From an archaeon (lineage in GTDB: Archaea; Iainarchaeota; Iainarchaeia; Iainarchaeales; Iainarchaeaceae): a DNA stretch of 17,891 bases. Of the stretch, positions 6,715 through 15,524 are shown piece by piece. The stretch spans positions 2,672 through 20,562 of the forward strand of contig JBBSVV010000049.1 of assembly GCA_038046625.1 (NCBI GenBank), in the 5' to 3' direction. The translations under genes were made by a program, and so were the position numbers. The notes under the pieces were generated by a model. The model saw only the letters and a program-made list of their open reading frames with translations. It was not told the DNA's origin and did not search any database. How positions within the stretch are numbered: the stretch's first letter is position 1; each line of letters starts with the position of its first letter.

Positions 6715-8169
6715 ATGGATTTGAAGGGCGCGGTCGCCTCACTGAGCGAGATTGAAAGGAAAACCCTCTCGGCACTTTCACGGGGCGCAAAAAGCGAGCA
6801 AGGCTTGGCGGCCGAAACAGGCCTCAACATTGATTCCGTGAGGCGCGCAGTGAACTGGCTATCGCAAAAAGGGTTTGCCGAAATAAAGGGCAATGCGCAC
6901 GAAAAACTTGTTCTGACAAAGGAAGGTGAAAAAAGCCTCGAGAAAGGGCTTTCGGAAACGAGAATGCTGAAGGCGCTCGCAAAAATCGAAAAGGCGGATT
7001 TTGAGAAACTGATGAAAGAGGCATCGTTGAACCAGCAGGAATTCAACGTCGCGCTCGGAATAAACAGGAAAAACAACTTCATAGCAATTATCCGCGAGGA
7101 AAAAACAAAGGCAATGCTCACCGAAGCCGGAAAAGAATATGCGCGGAAGAAACTTCCGTTGGAAGAGGCGCTTGAAAAAATAGCCGAAGGCGACAAAGCA
7201 AAGGAAGAGGAAGCAAAAGAATTGATTGCACGCGGCCTTGCGGAAAAAAAAGAACAAACACAAAGAGAAGTATACATAACAAGTTTGGGCGAGGGGGCAA
7301 AAAAAAGCAATGAATTTTCCGGAAAAAGAATGTACAACGTGAAGGACCCTGTTCCCGATGTGTTCGGCGGCAAGAAACAGCCGTACATACAGTTCCTCAA
7401 CATCATAAGGCGCAAGCTGACCGAATTGGGGTTCGAGGAAATGGAGGCGCCAATGATTGTGCACGAATTCTATAATTTTGACATTCTCTTTCAGCCGCAG
7501 AACCACCCCGCAAGAACATGGACAGACACTTACCAGCTGAAAAATCCACAAGTGGGGAAACTCACAGACAGAAAAAATGTGGCCGCGGTAAAGGCCGCGC
7601 ACGAAACAGGCGGGGTTTCGGCCTCAAGCGGTTGGCGCTACTCATGGTTAGAGGAAATCGCCTCCAAAGTCATGCCTACCGCGCATGGAACCGCGCACTC
7701 CGCGAGGCAGCTCACAAAAGGAGTGAAGATGCCCGGAAAATACTTTGCAATAGCGCGCTGCTTCAGGCCGGATGTTCTCGACGCAACTCATTTGATTGAA
7801 TTCAACCAGACCGAAGGATTCATTGTCGGAGAGGACCTGAACTTCACGCATTTGCTCGGAATGCTGGAGCAGTTCGCAAAGGAAATCGCGGGCGCAAAGG
7901 AAGTGAAATTCATTCCGGATTATTACCCGTTCACCGAGCCATCTGTACAGCTGAGCGCAAAGCACCCGGACTTGGGCTGGGTCGAACTCGGGGGTGCGGG
8001 AATGTTCAGGCCGGAAATCCTCGAGAACCTCGGAATAAAGGGACAGGCGATTGCATGGGGAATAGGAATAGACAGGCTCGCGATGTTCAAGCTTGGAATC
8101 AAGGACATAAGGCATTTGTTCTCGGACGATTTGAACTGGCTCAGGAAAACGCCGCTGGTGATGGAATGA
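6715..8169 (+). CDS. pheS: Phenylalanine--tRNA ligase alpha subunit (archaeal type with N-terminal wHTH domains)
   Basis: NFDILFQPQNHPAR, FRPDVLDATHLIEFNQ, YYPFTEPS, WVELGGAGMFRPE and AWGIGIDRLAM. Confidence 0.98.
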   Translation: MDLKGAVASLSEIERKTLSALSRGAKSEQGLAAETGLNIDSVRRAVNWLSQKGFAEIKGNAHEKLVLTKEGEKSLEKGLSETRMLKALAKIEKADFEKLMKEASLNQQEFNVALGINRKNNFIAIIREEKTKAMLTEAGKEYARKKLPLEEALEKIAEGDKAKEEEAKELIARGLAEKKEQTQREVYITSLGEGAKKSNEFSGKRMYNVKDPVPDVFGGKKQPYIQFLNIIRRKLTELGFEEMEAPMIVHEFYNFDILFQPQNHPARTWTDTYQLKNPQVGKLTDRKNVAAVKAAHETGGVSASSGWRYSWLEEIASKVMPTAHGTAHSARQLTKGVKMPGKYFAIARCFRPDVLDATHLIEFNQTEGFIVGEDLNFTHLLGMLEQFAKEIAGAKEVKFIPDYYPFTEPSVQLSAKHPDLGWVELGGAGMFRPEILENLGIKGQAIAWGIGIDRLAMFKLGIKDIRHLFSDDLNWLRKTPLVME

Positions 8170-8438
8170 CAAAACAAAAAATTGCATCTATTGAGAAAGG
8201 ATACCGCACAGCGGAACAAATAAGGCAAGAACTTTTTCAACTGGGCACCAGATTACAAAAGCCCAGAATAAAAGAAAATCGGGAATTGCTTCAAGAGATA
8301 CTAACTAGGCAAAGAGAGTTGTTAGAGGCTCTCGCCAAAAGAGGCGGAAGTGTCATTAAGCGCAAAACAGCAAAAAGGCCAAACCCCCAACAAAAAGCAA
8401 GAATAATTCCAATGAAGTCATTTAGGAGGCACGGATAA
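8166..8438 (+). CDS. Hypothetical 90-aa very basic helical protein between pheS and pheT
   Basis: ATG 8166 overlaps the pheS stop (ATGA) and its TAA overlaps the pheT ATG (TAATG). Sequence MTKQKIASIEK...IPMKSFRRHG. Confidence 0.75.
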   Translation: MTKQKIASIEKGYRTAEQIRQELFQLGTRLQKPRIKENRELLQEILTRQRELLEALAKRGGSVIKRKTAKRPNPQQKARIIPMKSFRRHG

Positions 8439-10093
8439 TGCCCACAATTGAAGTCAGCAAAAAGGATCTGGAATCGCTTATCGGAAAGAAACTTTCCAAG
8501 GAACAGCTCGAAGAGGCGCTGATGTATGCCAAGGGCGAGATTGATTCAGAGGAAGGCGATACACTTAAAATTGACGTGAAGGAAACAAACAGGCCGGATT
8601 TGTGGAGCGCCGAGGGAATCTCAAGGGAACTCCGCACAAGAACGGGAATGGAAAAAGGAATCAGGCAGTACAATGTTTCAAAGGCGAAAATTGAATGCAC
8701 AATTGAAAAGACCGTTGAAAAGGCGAGGCCGTTCATCTGCTGCGCAATAATCAGGAACGTTACGGTAACGGAGAACCTTCTGGTGCAGATGATACAACTG
8801 CAGGAAAAAGTTGCAACCACATTCGGCAGGAAACGAAAGGAAACAGGAATAGGCCTTTACGATTTCGACAAAATGGCGCCGCCGGTGTTTTACCGCGGAT
8901 ACAGGGACAAGGAAATAGAATTCGTTCCGCTGGAATACAAAGTGAAAATGAAGCCGTCCGAAATACTTGCGGAGCACCCAAAGGGCAAGGAATTCGCGCA
9001 TCTCCTCAAAGGAACGGAATATTACCCGATTGTAATTGACTCGAAAAACGTTGTTTCTTCAATGCCGCCCATAATCAATTCCGAAACAACCGGAAAGGTA
9101 ACGGAGCAGACAAAAAACCTTTTCCTCGAGGTAACGGGGCACAACTGGGAAACCGTGAACACGGCATTGAAGGTAATGTGCATGGCGCTCGCTGACCGCG
9201 GCGGAAAAATTGAGGCCGTGAAAATAAATTTCCCAAAAACAAAAACATACCCGCAAAAAAGCATTGAAACCCCGTTCTTCGCGACAAAAAAAATCGGCGT
9301 CACGCTTGATTACATCAACAGGGTTTCAGGCCTGGGCATTGACGCAAAAAAAGCGGTTCTGCTGCTGGAAAAAAGCGGCATGAATGCAAAAGCCAAGGGA
9401 AGCAAAATCGAGGTTGAATACCCGGATTACAGGCTCGACATCCTCCACCAGATAGACATTGTGGAGGACATAATCATTTCTTACGGCTACAACAAAATTG
9501 CGCCAAGCCAGGTGAAAATGAGCGTACTGGGAAGCGAAAGGAAAGAAACCGCCTACATTGACAAGGTGCGCGATGCGTGCACCGGCCTGGGTTTGCAGGA
9601 AGTGCTCACGTTCATGCTCACCTCAATGGAGAAGCAGGAAAAAATGGCTTCCCTCAAAGGAGAAAAATTCGTGGAAATAGCAAACCCCGTTTCAATGAAC
9701 TGGAGCATAATGAGAAAAAACATTTACCCCGAACTGTTAGAATTCCTCGCGAAAAACAAGCACAACGAATACCCCCAAAGAATTTTCGAAATCGGGAAAA
9801 CGCTGGAACTTGACGCAAAAACAGACACTAAAACCGCGGAAAAAACGAGGCTCTGCATTGCAATGGCGGAAAAGGACGCCGGGTTCACGCAAATAAAATC
9901 ATGCCTCAACGCGGTCTGCAGGGAACTCGGCAAAAAAATCTCTACAGATGAAGCCGCGCACCCTTCATTCACGAAAGGAAAAACCGCTTTGGTCAACGGC
10001 GATGTAAAGGGAATACTCGGGGAAATAGATTCCGCGGTTTTAAAGGAATTCGGAATCTCGATGCCTGTAGTGATGCTTGAAATTGAACTGTGA
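8438..10093 (+). CDS. pheT: Phenylalanine--tRNA ligase beta subunit (archaeal type)
   Basis: MPTIEV, NRPDLWSAEGISR, QLQEK...GRKRK, SMPPIINS, PDYRLDILHQIDIVEDI and YPQRIFEIG. AGGAGG SD at 8424-8429. Confidence 0.98.
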   Translation: MPTIEVSKKDLESLIGKKLSKEQLEEALMYAKGEIDSEEGDTLKIDVKETNRPDLWSAEGISRELRTRTGMEKGIRQYNVSKAKIECTIEKTVEKARPFICCAIIRNVTVTENLLVQMIQLQEKVATTFGRKRKETGIGLYDFDKMAPPVFYRGYRDKEIEFVPLEYKVKMKPSEILAEHPKGKEFAHLLKGTEYYPIVIDSKNVVSSMPPIINSETTGKVTEQTKNLFLEVTGHNWETVNTALKVMCMALADRGGKIEAVKINFPKTKTYPQKSIETPFFATKKIGVTLDYINRVSGLGIDAKKAVLLLEKSGMNAKAKGSKIEVEYPDYRLDILHQIDIVEDIIISYGYNKIAPSQVKMSVLGSERKETAYIDKVRDACTGLGLQEVLTFMLTSMEKQEKMASLKGEKFVEIANPVSMNWSIMRKNIYPELLEFLAKNKHNEYPQRIFEIGKTLELDAKTDTKTAEKTRLCIAMAEKDAGFTQIKSCLNAVCRELGKKISTDEAAHPSFTKGKTALVNGDVKGILGEIDSAVLKEFGISMPVVMLEIEL

Positions 10094-10094
10094 A

Positions 10095-11519
10095 TCAGAA
10101 CAGCCTTGTCTGCTTCCCTTTTTCATCCTCGCGCAAATCTGTATCCCCTGCTTCCAGGCTTTCAGGGCCTCCGCCGGGCTCCTCATGCAATGGCCCCTGC
10201 AAATCTTCTTCCTGCACGGGCCCGTAAAAAAACCTTTTCGGCCTTGCGCGCTCATCAATTATTTTCTGCGACTCCTCCATTATGGACTGGACTTTTTTTG
10301 TTTCCGGCTTCGTGTCAAGGAGGAACGCGACTTCCTTTTCAGTGAGGCCGAAAAGCGCCGTGCATCCAACCGCTTTCTTTTTGTCGGCAAAAACCATTTT
10401 AAAGAAAGGCAAATCATTCGAAACCACTTCGCGCGAGGAAGAATGCGTTTTTGCGCCTATCTTGGAGCCGAGCTCGCGCTTCAATGCGCGCAAAGAGGAG
10501 GTCCTTGAAAGCATTGAAAGCAGGCCGGGAAACTGGTACATTACAAAGTCATTTGAAACGCTGCTCTTTGACAATGCGACGCCCTCGGCCGCCAGTTCAG
10601 TGCTGTAGCGCAAAAAACCCCAGTGCTGCTTGTTGAAAATCCGCCCGTTGAAAACGTCCGCACGAGAGAGCCTGTCGAACGCAAGCGCAACGTCATTAAC
10701 GTTGGAATACTGGCGCGGAATGTTCTCCTCTACCCAGTTGAAAAGCATGTCATTGCTCAAATCGCTCTGACTCCTTGCCTCGCGAACCTGCGCAAAGTCA
10801 GTCCCCTTGAAAATCGCCTTCATGACACTGAAAACTTTCTGCTGCCTTTCCCTTTGGGAAAGCGAGGCAACATCCTGCATTGAAATGTTTTTTGAAAGCG
10901 AGAGCGTCTGCAGATCAAGGAGCGCGGAGCGCATGTCCCCCGAGGAGTTCTGCGCCAATTCCTTTACCGCGTTCTCGTCAAAAGGAATTTTTTCAAGTTC
11001 CAAAATCTCGCGCAGGCGCTTGGCAATGGAAAGGTAATTTATTTTCTTGAATTCAAACGCGCGGCACACGAAACGGAGCTGCGAAATGTCTCTGTTCGAA
11101 AAAATATCGTTCGCGGTTATAACTACCGGATTCTTTGCTTCCTTTATGACGGAAAGGATTGCCTTTGCGCCGCCCCTGTCATTCCTCGTGAGGGCGTCAA
11201 CCTCGTCCAAAAGCAGAAGCCTTTTCGAACCCGTTATGGAAGCGCTCTGCAAAGCCGCGCCCGCAACCTTCTCGATGACTTCCTTGGAGCGCAGCATGGA
11301 GCCGTTCAATTCAACAATGCCCCAGTTGAACTGCCTTGCAAGGAGATAAGCCAGGCACGTTTTGCCGGCGCCCGACTGGCCCCAAAACAATAAAGGCGGC
11401 TGCCCGCTGCCCTTGGCCCACTTTTTTGCCCACTCAAAGGACTTCTCGACTATTTCGGTATTGCCGATGAACTCTTCCGCGCCTTTCGGGAAGAACTTTT
11501 CCGTCCAAAAATCCTGCAT
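10095..11519 (-). CDS. rfcL: Replication factor C large subunit
   Basis: WTEKFFP, Walker A GQSGAGKT, ELNGS, LLLDEVD, SGDMRSALLDLQ, WVEENIP, LSRADVF and a C-terminal PIP-like QTRLF. Alternative start at 11528. Confidence 0.95.
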   Translation of the reverse strand: MQDFWTEKFFPKGAEEFIGNTEIVEKSFEWAKKWAKGSGQPPLLFWGQSGAGKTCLAYLLARQFNWGIVELNGSMLRSKEVIEKVAGAALQSASITGSKRLLLLDEVDALTRNDRGGAKAILSVIKEAKNPVVITANDIFSNRDISQLRFVCRAFEFKKINYLSIAKRLREILELEKIPFDENAVKELAQNSSGDMRSALLDLQTLSLSKNISMQDVASLSQRERQQKVFSVMKAIFKGTDFAQVREARSQSDLSNDMLFNWVEENIPRQYSNVNDVALAFDRLSRADVFNGRIFNKQHWGFLRYSTELAAEGVALSKSSVSNDFVMYQFPGLLSMLSRTSSLRALKRELGSKIGAKTHSSSREVVSNDLPFFKMVFADKKKAVGCTALFGLTEKEVAFLLDTKPETKKVQSIMEESQKIIDERARPKRFFYGPVQEEDLQGPLHEEPGGGPESLEAGDTDLREDEKGKQTRLF

Positions 11520-11559
11520 AAATAGCATGATTGGCCGGAAACTAATAAAACCTGTATAC

Positions 11560-12684
11560 TCAAAGCCCTTTCAGTATCAGTTCTTTCGGGATTCCACAGC
11601 GAAACTGCCTTGTTTTGCCCTGATTCCCCATGCTCACGGGCTCCGAAGAAATGAAATTCTGCTTCTCCAGAGCCGCGAGAACATCACGGAGTCGCCGCTC
11701 CTTCAGCGACGCGCCCTTCTCCTTCGAGTAAAGCCCATAAATTGCCCCGGAGTTTATTGCAGGGTTCTCGGAAATTATTTTCAGCAGTAGCAGTTCATCC
11801 CTCGCCAGGAAACCCAGGCCCTTGGCAAGCGAAGCCGCATCAACCGATTCAAATGCGCCCTTCAAATGCGCAACAAGCAATTTCCCCGAATTTTCCTTCT
11901 CCGCAATGCGCCCCGCCTTCAGGAGCGATTCAATGGCTATGCGCGCGTCCCCGCCCAGTTTCGCGGCGTGCGCAGCCGCAACGCCGATTGCATCCTTGTC
12001 GACAACGCCCTTCACGAACGCGAGCTCTGAGCGCTCCGAAAGGATTTTTTTCAGCTGCTCCGGAGTGTAAGGGCTAAACACAACAGTCTGCTCCGCGAGC
12101 GAACTCCTAATCCTTGAATCAAGCCTGGAAGTCAGCTCAACATCATTCGAAATCAGCACAATGCCGATGCCCTGTTTGCCATGCTCAACCACGCGCAGCA
12201 AATCATACAAAAGCTTTGAGCCGGAATCACTCGCGAGAAGCTGATCCACCTCATCAAGGACAACAATCGGCGTAAAACTGCATTTCCTCATTGACTCGAG
12301 AACACTCGTGTAAATCTCGTCGGTTGCGAGCCCGCGCCTCGGAACCGCGGAACCCAAAAAATTCGCCAATGCAATGAGGATTGCGGCGCGGGAATTGAAC
12401 TCAAAACAGTTCAAATAAAGGCTCTTCGCGCGGTCGGAAGCATCCTCAAGCTCCTTGAGCACAAACTTCACGCAGACCGTTTTCCCCACGCCCGTTGAGC
12501 CAGAAAGAAAAACATTCACGGGCTTTTTCCCCTTGAGCAAGGGATCAAAGCAGTAAACCAGCGACTCAATCTCCTTCCCGCGCCCTGGAAGCACCTCGGG
12601 AATGAATTCAGGATATAGGTAGCGCTCATCCAGGAAAATGCTGTTTTCCGTTACGCGCGCACGGAAAAGGTTGGTGCCTGACAT
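11560..12684 (-). CDS. cdc6: Orc1/Cdc6 replication initiator
   Basis: LYPEFIPEVLPGR, GSTGVGKT, LNC, VVLDEVD, LDSRIRSSL, FSPYT...IL.ER and GDARIAI, followed by a C-terminal wHTH. Confidence 0.95.
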   Translation of the reverse strand: MSGTNLFRARVTENSIFLDERYLYPEFIPEVLPGRGKEIESLVYCFDPLLKGKKPVNVFLSGSTGVGKTVCVKFVLKELEDASDRAKSLYLNCFEFNSRAAILIALANFLGSAVPRRGLATDEIYTSVLESMRKCSFTPIVVLDEVDQLLASDSGSKLLYDLLRVVEHGKQGIGIVLISNDVELTSRLDSRIRSSLAEQTVVFSPYTPEQLKKILSERSELAFVKGVVDKDAIGVAAAHAAKLGGDARIAIESLLKAGRIAEKENSGKLLVAHLKGAFESVDAASLAKGLGFLARDELLLLKIISENPAINSGAIYGLYSKEKGASLKERRLRDVLAALEKQNFISSEPVSMGNQGKTRQFRCGIPKELILKGL

Positions 12685-12798
12685 GAATAAAAGTATCGTT
12701 GCCGGGGTTAAAAAGGTTGCAGTGCCGCACCGGCAATGTGCCCCTTCGAAACTGCTTTAAAAGAAAGAAAAGAAAGGTATGCAGGCTCATTGGTTGTG

Positions 12799-12959
12799 GC
12801 GGGAAGCGCGGGTTAAGGGACACACCCTAATTCTTGAATTTCCCCTTAACTCCCTTCGCCCCGCTATAATTCTTGCCCAAGCACGCAAATGGCATTGAGG
12901 AAAAACCGCAATAAATATTTCCCCTAACCAAAGTGAAAAGGTTAAAAAGCCCTAAACCC
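12799..12959. repeat. Repeated GGTTA(A)GGG(G)A motif and an imperfect inverted repeat upstream of cdc6
   Basis: GGTTAAGGGA (+, 12811-12820), AGTTAAGGGGAAAT (-, 12838-12851), GGTTAGGGGAAAT (-, 12917-12929) and the weaker GGGTTTAGGG (-, about 12950-12959). Confidence 0.55.
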
Positions 12960-12972
12960 CCCAATATGCTTT

Positions 12973-13278
12973 ATGAGTGACGGGCACGACAAGGACAGCC
13001 ACGGCGGCGGAAAAAGCGACAGCGCAAAAAAACCCATGACCGATAATTTTTTCCAGAAGGTCGAGGACTACATCACGGGCGCGATAAGCACGTTCGTTGC
13101 GGCCGTTTTCTTCCTCATATCACTGGGCGTGGTATACGGCTTCTTAGTTTCGAGGGCAAATCCCGACATACAACCAATACTTTATGCGGCTCCGCTTCTG
13201 GCAGGAGTAATTGCATACTACAACAGGGCGTTCGCCATTTGGATTTTCATAATAGGCCTAATACTGGTGCTTCTCTGA
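12973..13278 (+). CDS. Small integral membrane protein of unknown function
   Basis: Hydrophilic His/Gly N-terminus followed by 2-3 hydrophobic segments. TATA-like GGTTAAAAAG about 25 nt upstream. Confidence 0.8.
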   Translation: MSDGHDKDSHGGGKSDSAKKPMTDNFFQKVEDYITGAISTFVAAVFFLISLGVVYGFLVSRANPDIQPILYAAPLLAGVIAYYNRAFAIWIFIIGLILVLL

Positions 13279-13289
13279 GTTGAGCAAAA

Positions 13290-13871
13290 ATGGCTGAAAT
13301 CTCGTTGACGAAAAACGAGTTCAAGGCGCTTTCCTCCGACACACGAGTGACAATACTCAAGTCTCTGGACGAGCGCAACTACACGCTCTCCGAACTCGCA
13401 AAAAAACTCGGCGTCGCCCCTCCAACGGCAAAGCAGCACACCACAATCCTCATGCAATCCGACCTCATTGAACTCAAGGACGAAGGAAGAAAATGGAAAT
13501 ACTACTCGCTCACAAGAAAAGGCAAGGACCTTTTGTACTCAAAACAGAAGAACACGAGCGTACTCATAATACTCGCTTCGAGCCTCGTCATGCTCGCGGG
13601 AATAGCAATGGTGTTCGGGCTGGCATTCAGCATTACTTTACAATCCGCAGCAATGCAAAACGATTCAGGAACACTCATGGCAGGCGCTTCCCCGCAGATA
13701 CAGCCTAGCCCTACGGCGGAAAAAATTGCAGGCAAACAGGACTTGGGAAACGAAACAGGATTTGGCACAGGGCAGGAACAGGAAGGCAATAATGCCTTAA
13801 TGGGCGCAATCCTCGTTGCTGCAGGCGCAATCGCAATAATATACACACTTAAATATCGTCAATCAACGTAA
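13290..13871 (+). CDS. ArsR-type winged-helix transcription regulator with two C-terminal TM segments
   Basis: FKALSSDTRVTILKSL...TLSELAKKLGV...KWKYYSLT.KG, followed by TM segments VLIILASSLVMLAGIAMVFGL and ALMGAILVAAGAIAIIYTL. Confidence 0.9.
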   Translation: MAEISLTKNEFKALSSDTRVTILKSLDERNYTLSELAKKLGVAPPTAKQHTTILMQSDLIELKDEGRKWKYYSLTRKGKDLLYSKQKNTSVLIILASSLVMLAGIAMVFGLAFSITLQSAAMQNDSGTLMAGASPQIQPSPTAEKIAGKQDLGNETGFGTGQEQEGNNALMGAILVAAGAIAIIYTLKYRQST

Positions 13872-13903
13872 TATTTAAGTTACTTTTTGTCTAAGGTTCA
13901 ATA

Positions 13904-14431
13904 GTGAACCGAAAAGGATTCTTCAGCATAATCGCGGCCCTGCTGTTCCTCACAATAGCCGCATCAGTTTCGAATGCGGAGCTTAAGGCGGGAACAAAGG
14001 CGGCACAAACCGACAGGGAAGTCCTTTCAATCAGGAAAAGCGCCTTTGAAAGAACCGAAGCGGAACTGTTCATCGACAAAAAAATAGAACGGTCCATTGG
14101 AAACACCGCACCAGAAAAAATAGTTGCGGAGGAAATAAACCGCGAAACAGCATCACAAATCATGGCGGGCTTCCGCGAACTTAACCTTGATGCAAAATCC
14201 TGCGCAAAAAACGGGAACACGATAATTGAAACAGGCCCCCTCGATGAAGGAAAGATTGCGCTGCTCACGAGAACTACCGCAATCAAAACCGGGCCAGTGG
14301 TGACAATAATTTACAGCGTAACCGGCGGCTTAAGCGCGGAGTTCCCCTGCGCGGAAATAACAAGCGGGAATTACTCCCTGTTTTTTGCCCTGCCCATCGG
14401 ATACGCAAAAACAGCCGTGGTGCCGGTATGA
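13904..14431 (+). CDS. Class III signal-peptide (type IV pilin-like) protein
   Basis: MNRKG/FFSIIAALLFL: short basic leader, KG cleavage motif, hydrophobic helix. GTG start. Confidence 0.75.
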   Translation: MNRKGFFSIIAALLFLTIAASVSNAELKAGTKAAQTDREVLSIRKSAFERTEAELFIDKKIERSIGNTAPEKIVAEEINRETASQIMAGFRELNLDAKSCAKNGNTIIETGPLDEGKIALLTRTTAIKTGPVVTIIYSVTGGLSAEFPCAEITSGNYSLFFALPIGYAKTAVVPV

Positions 14432-14745
14432 ACTCGCTCGAACTGATTTTCGCGCTCCTGCTGATTTCATCCTTTGGGGCGCTTGTCATACACGAGGAAA
14501 AAGAACTTTCAATGCGCACCATTTCCGCAGAAAAAGAATTCATGGAAAAATCCGATGCACAGGAATGTGCGGCGCTCGCAAACAATTATTACGCGGAAGC
14601 CGGAGGAAAATTAGAGGCAAAACTAGGCTGCACAAAAAACGGCACAAGGTTTTTGTCCGGGAACCACGCGGCCGAAACACTCGGGTTTGACGCTGAAATA
14701 GTGAACGGCGCAATAACAATACAAACGGAGGGCCACTATGGATAA
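14428..14745 (+). CDS. Pilin-like protein with an N-terminal SLE hydrophobic helix
   Basis: MNSLELIFALLLISSFGALVI. ATGA overlap with the previous gene. Confidence 0.7.
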   Translation: MNSLELIFALLLISSFGALVIHEEKELSMRTISAEKEFMEKSDAQECAALANNYYAEAGGKLEAKLGCTKNGTRFLSGNHAAETLGFDAEIVNGAITIQTEGHYG

Positions 14746-15193
14746 GGGCCTGTTCTTTTCCGCGGACGCGGCGGCATACGTTTTCATAATGCTGGTTATT
14801 CTCGGGCTTGCATTGCAGCACACCGCAGCAGGAACCGGAAAATTGTCCGAAAAAATGGCGTGGTACGAAAAAACGCTTTTTGCGGATTCGCTCGTGGAAG
14901 CGATTGTAAAGAACAGGAGCGCTGAAAAGCCGTGGCTCGGCGCCGCATACTACAATTCAGGCTTTCACAGGGTTGAAAGCAACGTAATTGACGGGAAACT
15001 GCTTGAAAGCATAACGCGGAAAGATTTCGGGAAATTCATGCTTTCCGCAATTTACGAAAAAAACCATGAGGGCATTGCATACCTGTTTAATGCAAACGGG
15101 AAAAACTGCGCCGCGTCCGAAAGGTTCGTGATCGTGAAAGGCGCGGAGGAAAAAAAGGAAATTTTGGGGGTTGTTGTCTGTGAAAACCTATAA
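14738..15193 (+). CDS. Class III signal-peptide (type IV pilin-like) protein
   Basis: MDKG/LFFSADAAAYVFIMLVILGL. Overlaps the previous gene. Confidence 0.75.
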   Translation: MDKGLFFSADAAAYVFIMLVILGLALQHTAAGTGKLSEKMAWYEKTLFADSLVEAIVKNRSAEKPWLGAAYYNSGFHRVESNVIDGKLLESITRKDFGKFMLSAIYEKNHEGIAYLFNANGKNCAASERFVIVKGAEEKKEILGVVVCENL

Positions 15194-15524
15194 AGGGCTA
15201 ATGACACTGGAAGCCATGCTCTCCCTGCTGCTCGTGGCGGCAATCATGGCAACAGCTGCCCCTCACAACGAAACCGCGGAAGAAACACTGCTGCAACACT
15301 CAAAAGCCTCGGACCTGCTCATAGTGTGGGCAACCGAAGGCACTATAGAAAATGAAATGATTCGGGACGCGGAACTTTTGCTCGGGAAAAACAATTTTGA
15401 GCTCTATGTGAACACAGAAAAAATTTACGGGGAACCGAGCATGGAAAAAGTTTCGGGAACAATATTAAGGCACAGGAACGGCAAACCCGAGGAAATAACC
15501 CTTTCAACCCGCATCAACAAATAA
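15180..15524 (+). CDS. Class III signal-peptide (type IV pilin-like) protein
   Basis: A probable GTG start at 15180 gives MKTYKG/LMTLEAMLSLLLVAA with Glu at +5. Confidence 0.75.
   Translation: MKTYKGLMTLEAMLSLLLVAAIMATAAPHNETAEETLLQHSKASDLLIVWATEGTIENEMIRDAELLLGKNNFELYVNTEKIYGEPSMEKVSGTILRHRNGKPEEITLSTRINK

Noticed and set aside
7672..7713. PheS motif PTAHGTAHSAR instead of RTHTT
   Set aside because: AHGT-type variants occur in other archaeal PheS proteins, so it is not clearly unusual.
8055..8165. Upstream extension of the pheS-pheT orphan
   Set aside because: It lies inside pheS; the coupled ATG at 8166 is the better start.
6711..12077. Numerous long alternative-frame and antisense ORFs over pheS, pheT, rfcL and cdc6
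   Set aside because: Shadows of well-supported genes with no recognisable motifs.
12720..12870. tRNA, SRP RNA or RNase P RNA in the cdc6 intergenic region
   Set aside because: No cloverleaf or T-loop, and no SRP or RNase P conserved motifs recognised.
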